Below, one piece after another: positions 52,481 to 60,175 of a stretch of 64,000 bases of DNA. Source of the stretch: Spirochaetia bacterium (GTDB taxonomy: Bacteria > Spirochaetota > Spirochaetia > SZUA-6 > Bin103). Below the pieces are notes generated by a model, which saw only the letters and a program-made list of their open reading frames with translations, was not told where the DNA came from and did no database searches. The position numbers and the translations under genes were made by a program. The stretch's first letter is position 1, and every line of letters begins with the position of its first letter. The stretch is taken from contig CBDBDQ010000005.1 of the NCBI GenBank assembly GCA_965203905.1, positions 864,001 through 928,000 on the forward strand. The letters run 5' to 3'.

Positions 52481-53622
52481 AGACCGTCAGAGCTATCAAT
52501 ACACTCTACTATTACGACGGGCCGCAAGTTATTGAAGCTCGCGATACCATCGGAGGCCACTATGTGGCGGTGATGGTAGAACCGCAGGAGGAACACGATC
52601 GGTACCTCGTTGCGGGTGTTCCTCCAGAGCGGTTGCGTCGATTCCGTTGCGGGACACTCGACTTGCGCTCGTTGTTGGCTGATGCGGGCGACGACGAATG
52701 GTATCTCGCATCGGGCCCCACGGACCTAGACCAACTCATGGCACTTGAACCGCAGAGCAGATCGCTCGTCGAAAGTGGACTTATGCCGGACGAAGGCTTT
52801 GTATTGCATGAGAATTCTACCGACGATCTCGCGCTCAACGAAGCGCGGATGCGAAACAACCTTGTACTTGAGGTTACCGCTGACCCTCCCGAGGCCATAG
52901 GCGAACACCGTATTAGAGTGAGTACATACACGGGATTGTTGAACTATGTTCAAACTATCGTAAGGCACGCCTATAGAGTGTCTCTTCGAGGTCTTTCTGC
53001 TGGAAATCGGAGTAGACTGTATTCAGATGAAGCTCACCTAATGGACGTGGTAATTCCGGCCTCTGCCGGTTCGTTTCGTGTAGTGCTCGAAGCGTCTCAA
53101 ACACCCGATATGTTCGGTTTGGTGGAGCTATCTCGTGCTCTACAGCGAATGGACCTGCTCTTCGATCATACAAATAGCCCGCAAGATACTCTTGCCATAC
53201 TAAGGGAACATCGTGGTCACTTGGCAGGTTCATATTTGCGTCTATTGAACTTCCTTGTCCAGCACAATACCAGTCTCAGCTATTCATGGGCAGAGCCGAT
53301 TTCTACCCGGGCAAGCTACAGATCAGTATCAGAATCCCAGGCTATTTCGTTAGTGGATGTTCTTTCGGGAGTATCGAATTTGGGCAGTGAGCCAGTAACA
53401 CTCGTTGGCGAATTTGAGAGAGTTAATCGCCATGGAGGCTCCTGGGGGATACTCACGGAAGACGGAGTCCGTTCCGGAAAGATCAAGGATGGCGGACCGA
53501 GTTTGAACGGTCTAAGAGTAGGTGGACGTTACAGGTTTCACTGTATCGAGGAAATCGAAGGAATGGAAGCCACCGGGCGCGAATCTCGGACGCTATACTT
53601 AAACGAATACGAATCCGTATAA
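52477..53622 (+). CDS. DUF6575-like N-terminal domain, GSF-motif domain and probable C-terminal OB-fold
   Basis: YYYDGPQV..GTLDLRSLL; PASAGSFRVVL; VTLVGEFERVN. Confidence 0.7.
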   Translation: MKTVRAINTLYYYDGPQVIEARDTIGGHYVAVMVEPQEEHDRYLVAGVPPERLRRFRCGTLDLRSLLADAGDDEWYLASGPTDLDQLMALEPQSRSLVESGLMPDEGFVLHENSTDDLALNEARMRNNLVLEVTADPPEAIGEHRIRVSTYTGLLNYVQTIVRHAYRVSLRGLSAGNRSRLYSDEAHLMDVVIPASAGSFRVVLEASQTPDMFGLVELSRALQRMDLLFDHTNSPQDTLAILREHRGHLAGSYLRLLNFLVQHNTSLSYSWAEPISTRASYRSVSESQAISLVDVLSGVSNLGSEPVTLVGEFERVNRHGGSWGILTEDGVRSGKIKDGGPSLNGLRVGGRYRFHCIEEIEGMEATGRESRTLYLNEYESV

Positions 53623-53730
53623 ACTCAATATAGACACGTAACGGTGAAGCCCGAGGCGTGCAATTCGTCTGTATGATTCCTCTGCTTCTTGACCGTGGTG
53701 CAAGACACCGCTCTATAGTCTATCAGGACG

Positions 53731-53864
53731 CCCTGGCGGCCCTGGACAGCCGTCACCCTCAGCACCACATGGTTGTACACTGAGGAGTCGGCGGTGGAGC
53801 TGGCCGCCAAGGCGACGCGCAACGTGAGCGAGGTGCTGTGCGGCGGACCGACGGTGTACCCGGT
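53731..53864 (+). repeat. Degenerate direct repeat of the dehydrogenase 3' end (50590-50725)
   Basis: ccctggcggccctggaca..gaggagtcggcggtggagctggcc..cgcaacgtgagcgaggtgctgtgcggc..gtgtacccggt in both copies. Confidence 0.92.
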
Positions 53865-53870
53865 TATTTG

Positions 53871-53910
53871 GACATATATTGCAATAAGTAGACGTATATG
53901 TCATTATAAC
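53871..53910 (+). promoter_or_regulatory. abiE promoter and operator inverted repeat
   Basis: GACATATA-N16-TATATGTC overlapping TTGCAA-N17-CATTAT (TG-extended). Confidence 0.55.
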
Positions 53911-53913
53911 GTG

Positions 53914-54546
53914 ATGAAACTGGCCGGTCTCCTGGAGCGCGTGCCACCCAATGGGCTGTTCCGCACGGGACAGATCCTGGCGGGGGAAAGCGCCCCGGCG
54001 CACGTGAGAAGGCAGTTGGACCGCTGGGTCAAGGGCGGCCGGGTGCTGCGGCTCCGGCGTGGGGTGTATCTGCTCGCGCCGCCGTACGCCGCTACGCCCG
54101 CACATCCGTTCGCCATCGCCGGCGCGCTGCAGCGCGCTTCGTACGTCAGCCTGCACTCGGCCCTGGCCTACTACGGGATGATTCCCGAGCACGTACCGGT
54201 GACCACCAGCGTCACCGGCGGGCGACCGGAGGAGCTTTCCACTCCGCGCGGCCGGTACCAGTTTCGTCACCTGGCCCCACGCCACCTGTTCGGCTTCGCC
54301 GAGGTGGAGGTCGCGCGCGACCAGCGGGTGCTGCTGGCCGGGCCGGAGAAGGCACTCGCCGACCTGCTGTACCTGACCCCGCACTGCGACCGGGTTCCCT
54401 ACCTGCGCGAGCTGCGTCTCGCCCCGGCCGACGCCCTTGAGCCGGCGAAGCTGCACGCCGCGGTGGCCAGAGCCGGGTCGCGCAAGGTAGCGCGTGCCGT
54501 GCGGCTCCTGCTCGGGCTGTGGCGCGACGAGGAGGCATGGCCGTGA
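53914..54546 (+). CDS. abiEi: Type IV TA antitoxin AbiEi
   Basis: RLRRGVY, SYVSLHSALAYYGMIPE, PEKALAD. Confidence 0.88.
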   Translation: MKLAGLLERVPPNGLFRTGQILAGESAPAHVRRQLDRWVKGGRVLRLRRGVYLLAPPYAATPAHPFAIAGALQRASYVSLHSALAYYGMIPEHVPVTTSVTGGRPEELSTPRGRYQFRHLAPRHLFGFAEVEVARDQRVLLAGPEKALADLLYLTPHCDRVPYLRELRLAPADALEPAKLHAAVARAGSRKVARAVRLLLGLWRDEEAWP

Positions 54547-55361
54547 AGACGCTGCTTATGGATCTGCTGGCGGATCAGCCCGACGGCTTCCAGGCGCGCA
54601 GCACGGCCCGGGAGTACCTGCAGGCGCGCATCCTGCTGGCGCTCCAGGACCATGGCGCGTTCACGGACTGGGCGTTCCTCGGCGGGACGGCACTGCGCTT
54701 CCTGTATCGGCTGCCGCGCTACTCAGAGGATCTCGACTTCTCGCTGGCGACCCCGGGTGCAGATGCCAGGTTCGAGCGGCTGATGCACGCCGTGCGCAAC
54801 GACCTTGCGGCCGAGGCCTACGCGGTGGAGGTGACGGTTCGTACCCGACAGGCAGTCGCGATCGGGATGGTGAGATTTCGCGGATTGCTGCATGAGGTGG
54901 GACTCTCGCCGCACGCCGCCGAGGTGCTCAGGATCAGAGTCGACCTCGATACCAATCCCCCCGCCGGCGCCGCTGTGGAGACCCGTGTCGTGCGCCGGTT
55001 CGGAATGCTCAACCTGCTGCACTACGACCGCGCGTCGCTGCTCGCCGGCAAGCTGCACGCGGTGCTCGCGCGCGGCTATACCAAGGGGCGAGACCTCTAC
55101 GACCTCGCCTGGTATCTCTCCGATCCGGAGTGGCCGGCCCCGAACCTCACCCTGCTGAACAACGCGCTGCGGCAAACGGGGTGGACCGGCCCCGAGGCCA
55201 CTCCGGACACCTGGCGTGAGCTGATCGCGGAACGACTTCGCTCCGTGGATTGGCAGGCCGCGCGCCAGGACGTGTCGCCGTTCCTGGAACGGGCGGAAGA
55301 GGTGCGGCTGGTGTCCAGTGAGGTGCTGCTGCCGCTCCTGCGACCGCGGACGCCGGGTTAG
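54543..55361 (+). CDS. abiEii: Type IV TA nucleotidyltransferase toxin AbiEii
   Basis: FLGGTALR, RYSEDLDFS, KLHA, KGRDLYD. Confidence 0.92.
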   Translation: MKTLLMDLLADQPDGFQARSTAREYLQARILLALQDHGAFTDWAFLGGTALRFLYRLPRYSEDLDFSLATPGADARFERLMHAVRNDLAAEAYAVEVTVRTRQAVAIGMVRFRGLLHEVGLSPHAAEVLRIRVDLDTNPPAGAAVETRVVRRFGMLNLLHYDRASLLAGKLHAVLARGYTKGRDLYDLAWYLSDPEWPAPNLTLLNNALRQTGWTGPEATPDTWRELIAERLRSVDWQAARQDVSPFLERAEEVRLVSSEVLLPLLRPRTPG

Positions 55362-55377
55362 CGCCCCGAAACCGTCG

Positions 55378-55454
55378 CCTGCCGGCGCCGCTATCGGCCC
55401 AGCCCGCCTACCGTACGGAGTCCTGCCGGCGCCGCTATCGGCCCAGCCCCGCCT
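55378..55454. repeat. Tandem ~32-bp duplication spanning the PhyH stop codon
   Basis: cctgccggcgccgctatcggcccagccc(c)gcct at 55378-55409 and 55422-55454. Confidence 0.85.
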
Positions 55455-56217
55455 GCGCGGACTGTTGCACGCTGGGCTGGCGGCCGCCGATGCTGGGCGG
55501 CTGCATGATGCGTTTGCGCTGCTCGGTAAGCTCGAACTCGGCGTAGTCGCTGATGCGGTAGCCCCGCTGGGCCCAGGTCGAGTGCCCGGGTGAATACTTG
55601 TACAGCAGGGAGCGCCGCTGGTGTGCGGCGGTCCACGGCATGGTGCCGTGGATCAGCGCTTCGGTGAAGATCAGCAGGTCGCCGGCCGCCAGCGGCGGCT
55701 GCACCACGTAGTGCGGGCGGCGCTCGAAGCTGCGCACGTCCGGCGGCAGCTTGTCGATGAAGTTGCTCTTGTGGCTGCCCGGCACGCAGGCGAAGCCGCC
55801 GTCGCCCTCCCCCACCTCGGTCAGGTTGAAGACGAACACGGTCAGCCCGTTGCGCATCACGCCGTCGTGGTAGCGGTACCAGTGGTCGCCGGCGGCGTGG
55901 ACCGGGTGCGAGCCGCCGTGCAGGCCGCCGCGTGTGTCGCCGCGGCGCATGAAGAGGCAGTAGTCGTGGTCGATGCGGAAGTAGGGGCCGACCAGCTCCA
56001 GCAGGTAGGGAACGACCTTCGGGTGATCGATCAGGTCCACCAGCGGCTGGCCCCAGAGGCTGCACTGGTGCGCCTCCCAGTCCTCCAACGGCGCGGAGTA
56101 GCGCGCGGACTTCTCGTCCGCGATGGCATTGAGCGTCGCCAGCTCGGCAGCGCTCAACACGCCCGGTACCACGAGGAAACCCTGAAGGTCGAACAGAAAG
56201 CGCTGCTCGTCGTTCAT
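55435..56217 (-). CDS. Phytanoyl-CoA dioxygenase family protein
   Basis: FDLQGFLVV, LHGG, VPGSHK, AGDLLIFTEALIHG. Confidence 0.88.
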   Translation of the reverse strand: MNDEQRFLFDLQGFLVVPGVLSAAELATLNAIADEKSARYSAPLEDWEAHQCSLWGQPLVDLIDHPKVVPYLLELVGPYFRIDHDYCLFMRRGDTRGGLHGGSHPVHAAGDHWYRYHDGVMRNGLTVFVFNLTEVGEGDGGFACVPGSHKSNFIDKLPPDVRSFERRPHYVVQPPLAAGDLLIFTEALIHGTMPWTAAHQRRSLLYKYSPGHSTWAQRGYRISDYAEFELTEQRKRIMQPPSIGGRQPSVQQSAQAGLGR

Positions 56218-56312
56218 GGGGCCAGCGTAGACCCGCCGGGTGGCGGGGTCAACGATCCGGCCGGCAGCCCGCGGCGCCATCGGGTACCATGCGCCGTGGA
56301 GGCGACACACAC

Positions 56313-57416
56313 GTGAAAATCACCAATGTAAGGGTCGATCTGTGCAACTGGCACACGGAGCCGTGGACGACGGGGTCGGGAACCAACTTCGGGGGCACGG
56401 TGCAGCTCGGCGTGGTCACCGTGGAGACCGACGCCGGCATCAGCGGCAATGCATTCATGGGATCCTCCATGGCCGGCGCCGAGCACTACGTCCGCGAGCT
56501 GATCCAGTTCGGCAAGCCGCTGCTGATGGGCAGCGACCCGCAGGACATCGGCAGTCTCTGGTGGCGCATGTGGAAGCGCAACCGCGCAATGTCGACGCAC
56601 GTGATCGGCGCGCTCGACGTATGCCTGTGGGACATCAACGGCAAGCTCGCCGGGCAGCCGATCCACCGCCTGCTCGGCACCTGCAAGCACGCGGTGCCGG
56701 CCTACTCCAGCACCGCCTACCACGCCACCAGCGAGGAGTACGCGGAGGAGGCGCTACGCTTCCAGCAGAGCGGCTGGACCGCGCACAAGCTGCACCCGCA
56801 CGGCGAGCCGCGCGCCGACGTGGCGATCTGCGCCGCGGTGCGCGACGCGGTGGGCGACGACACGGTCCTGATGCTGGACGCCATGTGGGCCTACCAGTAC
56901 GCCGACGCGCTGCGCGTGGGGCGCGCCATCGAGGAGCTGGGATTCTACTGGTACGAGGACCCGCTGGTGGAGGAGGACCTCTACAGCTACGTCAAGCTGT
57001 TGCAGAAGCTGGACATCCCGATCATGTCCACCGAGTTCGCGCCGGGCCGCTTCTACGGCATGGCGGCCTGGATTACCCGCTACGCCACCGACATCCTGCG
57101 CGGCGACGTGGCGATCACCGGGGGCATCACCCCGCTGGTGCGGCAGTGCCACCTGGCGGAGGGGTTCAACATGCGCTGCGAGATCCACCACGGCGGCAAC
57201 AGCCTAGCCAACGTGGCCAACCTGCACGTGACCATGGCGGTGCCCAACTGCGAGTTCTACGAGTTCTTTCCCTGCACCGGGGCCCTCCAGTACGGCCTGG
57301 AGCAGGAGATCGAGGTGGACGAGCGCGGCCTGGTGCACGCGCCGACCGAGCCGGGCCTCGGCTACCGCATCGACTGGGAGCTGCTGAAGCGGCGGCGCAC
57401 CGCCACCGTCGAGTAG
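56313..57416 (+). CDS. Mandelate racemase/enolase-superfamily enzyme
   Basis: GGAGG RBS; LWDINGK, HKLH, MLDA, WYEDP, PTEPGLG. Confidence 0.9.
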   Translation: MKITNVRVDLCNWHTEPWTTGSGTNFGGTVQLGVVTVETDAGISGNAFMGSSMAGAEHYVRELIQFGKPLLMGSDPQDIGSLWWRMWKRNRAMSTHVIGALDVCLWDINGKLAGQPIHRLLGTCKHAVPAYSSTAYHATSEEYAEEALRFQQSGWTAHKLHPHGEPRADVAICAAVRDAVGDDTVLMLDAMWAYQYADALRVGRAIEELGFYWYEDPLVEEDLYSYVKLLQKLDIPIMSTEFAPGRFYGMAAWITRYATDILRGDVAITGGITPLVRQCHLAEGFNMRCEIHHGGNSLANVANLHVTMAVPNCEFYEFFPCTGALQYGLEQEIEVDERGLVHAPTEPGLGYRIDWELLKRRRTATVE

Positions 57417-57438
57417 GACGCGGACGCATCGCGACGTT

Positions 57439-57805
57439 CTACGTAGCGGCCGGTCGATTCGTCATGCAGAGCCCATTTTCATCTTCCGAGTCGGGGCGTC
57501 CGGCGGGATCGCCTTCGGGAACATCGCGCGAACCGCCGAACGCTACCAGAGCCATGTTGCGCACCGCCAGCATTTCGCCGGTAAGCCGAAGCGGGATGCG
57601 CCGGCGCGAGGGAGCCTCGATCAGCTTCTCCGGACTGACGAAGAAGATACGCTTGGGCGGGTGCAACTCGGTACCGACGGCGAGTTCGACCATCCCGCCA
57701 GCAGCCAGCCGGTCGGTGTCGCGCTCATCGAGCGCCCACGCCTCGGACGCATCTACGAGCACGCGCCGCAACCGGTGCCACACTCCCTTGGAGTAGTTTC
57801 GCTGC
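57439..57805 (-). pseudogene. 3' fragment of an unknown gene joined to the truncated PIN gene
   Basis: Open frame QRNYSKGVWHRLRRVLVD..PPKRIFFV begins at the junction near 57806. Confidence 0.4.
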
Positions 57806-58009
57806 CGGGGCTCCGAGCACCAGGCTCATCTGGTGGAAGTCCGCATCCTTCGAGACCAATGTGAACCCATGCTGTTTGGCGTATTCCCATAACGCGAGGT
57901 CATCCGCACGCGAAAGACCGACTGCTCGAATGTGTTGGGATCCCGGGAATAGATGCTTGATCTCGTCGACCAGGCGCGGCGCCAGGTTCTGATCGAAGAG
58001 CAGCTTCAC
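57806..58009 (-). pseudogene. DUF5615 PIN-like toxin, truncated after LGAP
   Basis: MKLLFDQNL, DLALWEYA, VSKDADF; the expected distal strand and helix are missing. Confidence 0.8.
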
Positions 58010-58233
58010 TCTGGCGGTATTGAAACCAGCCTGCGCTCGCGATCCGCGGCGAATTGCAGGCAGGCCCGAATGTCCGCAGCCTCCAGGTCCGGGAAGTCCT
58101 GAAGAATCTGCTGTTCAGTCATTCCCGACGCAAGGTACTCGAGTACGTCGTACACGGTGATCCGCAACCCACGGATACAGGGCTTGCCGCCGCGCTTGCC
58201 AGGCTCGATGGTGATCCGGTCCATGTGCGTCAT
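58006..58233 (-). CDS. DUF433 antitoxin
   Basis: GGKPCIRGLRITVYDVLEYLASG, DFPDL. Confidence 0.92.
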   Translation of the reverse strand: MTHMDRITIEPGKRGGKPCIRGLRITVYDVLEYLASGMTEQQILQDFPDLEAADIRACLQFAADRERRLVSIPPE

Positions 58234-58284
58234 GCGAACAGCATACAGCAACGGCCCCGAACGTGAGTGGCCCGCAGCCGGTCG

Positions 58285-59178
58285 TCAGCCTTTGAGGCTG
58301 CCGAGCACCATGCCCTTGACGAAGTAGCGCTGCAGGTAGGGGTACACCACCAGGATCGGCAGCGCGCCGATGAAGATCTGTGCCGACTTCACGGTGCGCT
58401 CGGAGATGTGCGCCAGCTCCTTCACCTCGGCGATGGTCAGGCTCTTGCGCATCGAGGTGTCGGGCAGGATCACGATGCTGCGCAGGAAGGTCTGCATCGG
58501 GTAGTTCTCCGGCGTGTTCATGAACACCATGCCGTCGAACCAGGAGTTCCAGTGCCGCACCGCCACGAACAGCGTCAGCGTGGCCAGCGCCGCCATCGAG
58601 GTAGGGATGTAGATCCGCCCCAGGATGGTCCAGTGGTTGGCCCCGTCCATGAACGCCGCCTCCTCCAGCTCGGTGGGGATGTTCCTGAAAAAATTGAGCA
58701 GGATGAGGACGTTGAACACCGGCACCCCGAACGGCGGCGGCAGCACCAGCGCCCAGATCGAGTCCAGCATCCCCAGTTGCTGGATCAGCATGTAGGTGGG
58801 GATCAGGCCGCCGGTGAACAGCATGGTGAAGAAGATGATCCACACGTAGAACGTGCGGCTGCGGAAGTTGCGCACGCTCTTGGACAGCGGGTAGGCGGCC
58901 AGGATGGTCAGCGCCATGTTGCTCGGCACCGCCAGCAGCAGCCGCTCCAGCGACACCACCATCGCGCGCCAGAACTCGTGGCGGCGCAGCACCACCTTGT
59001 AGGAGATCAGGTTGAACCCCTTGGGCCAGAAGCTCACCTCGCCGGCCATGGCGACGGTGCTCTTGCTCAGCGAGATGGCGAACACGTGGATGAACGGCAG
59101 CAGGCACAGGATCGCGGCCACCACCAGGAAGATGGGGTTGAAGACCGAGAACCAGTCCCGCTGCTTGGTCGATACCAC
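58285..59178 (-). CDS. Carbohydrate ABC permease (LplC-like)
   Basis: FTGGLIPTY, ELEEAAFMDGA, YFVKGMVLGSLKG. Confidence 0.93.
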   Translation of the reverse strand: MVSTKQRDWFSVFNPIFLVVAAILCLLPFIHVFAISLSKSTVAMAGEVSFWPKGFNLISYKVVLRRHEFWRAMVVSLERLLLAVPSNMALTILAAYPLSKSVRNFRSRTFYVWIIFFTMLFTGGLIPTYMLIQQLGMLDSIWALVLPPPFGVPVFNVLILLNFFRNIPTELEEAAFMDGANHWTILGRIYIPTSMAALATLTLFVAVRHWNSWFDGMVFMNTPENYPMQTFLRSIVILPDTSMRKSLTIAEVKELAHISERTVKSAQIFIGALPILVVYPYLQRYFVKGMVLGSLKG

Positions 59179-59196
59179 GGTCGCGCCCCGATGCCC

Positions 59197-60096
59197 CTAA
59201 AAGACCCGGTAGTCGGCCAGGCGGTACGCCAGCACGTAGGACACGGAGATGAACAGCAGCGACACCACCGACTTGAACAGGCCGATGGCGGTGGAGGGGC
59301 CGAACTGCGCCTCCAGCAGGCCCAGGCGGTAGATCAGGGTGTCGAGGATGTCGCCGCTCTCATAGGTCTGCGGGCTGTACAGGTTGAAGATCTGCTCGAA
59401 GCCGGCGTTGAGCACGTCGCCCAGGTTGAGCACCGCGATCAGCACGATGATCATCGTCATTCCCGGCAGCGTGATGTGCCACATCTGGCGCCAGCGGCTG
59501 GCGCCGTCGATGTGCGCCGCCTCGTACTGCTGCGGATCGATGGTGGTGATCGCCGCCAGGTAGATGATGGTGCCGAAGCCGAACTCCTTCCACACGTGGG
59601 TCACCACCATGGTGAACTGGAACCAGTCGTTGTCCCCCAGAAAGAACACCGGTTCGATGCCGAAGGCGCCGAGCAGCCGGTTCAGCAGTCCGTAGCGCGG
59701 CGACAGGATGTCGATCAGCACCCCGGCCAGGATCACCCACGACAAAAAGTGCGGCAGGTAGATGCTGGTCTGGATCGTCTTCTTCAGCTTCACGTTGACC
59801 AGCTCGTTGATCAGCAGGGCAAATACGATCGGGGTGAGTTGCCCGAACACGATCTTGAGAAAGGCAATGACGATGGTGTTCTTGAGCGCCCGCAGCACCG
59901 ACGGCAGCTGGAACACGTAGGTGAAGTTCTCGAACCCCACCCACCTCTGGTCGCCGAACAGGCCACGCGCCGGAATGAAGCGCTGGAAGGCGATGACGAT
60001 GCCCGCCATCGGCACGTAGGAGAAGACGAAGATCACCAGCAACGGGGCGATCAGCATCAGGTGGAGGGGAAGCTCGCGCTTCAGGCGATGGTCCAT
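59197..60096 (-). CDS. Carbohydrate ABC permease (LplB-like)
   Basis: WVGFENF, YLPHFLSW, YEAAHIDGASR. Confidence 0.93.
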   Translation of the reverse strand: MDHRLKRELPLHLMLIAPLLVIFVFSYVPMAGIVIAFQRFIPARGLFGDQRWVGFENFTYVFQLPSVLRALKNTIVIAFLKIVFGQLTPIVFALLINELVNVKLKKTIQTSIYLPHFLSWVILAGVLIDILSPRYGLLNRLLGAFGIEPVFFLGDNDWFQFTMVVTHVWKEFGFGTIIYLAAITTIDPQQYEAAHIDGASRWRQMWHITLPGMTMIIVLIAVLNLGDVLNAGFEQIFNLYSPQTYESGDILDTLIYRLGLLEAQFGPSTAIGLFKSVVSLLFISVSYVLAYRLADYRVF

Positions 60097-60106
60097 GGAA
60101 GGAACG

Positions 60107-60155
60107 GGAGACCCCGCCGCCGGCCGCGACAGACGCGCGCGGCGGAAGGGTCTCC
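60107..60155 (-). terminator. Intercistronic stem-loop after the SBP gene (attenuator or mRNA stabiliser)
   Basis: GGAGACCC-CGCCGC...GCGGCG-GAA-GGGTCTCC. Confidence 0.5.
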
Positions 60156-60175
60156 GAATTACGCGGTGAACGTGC

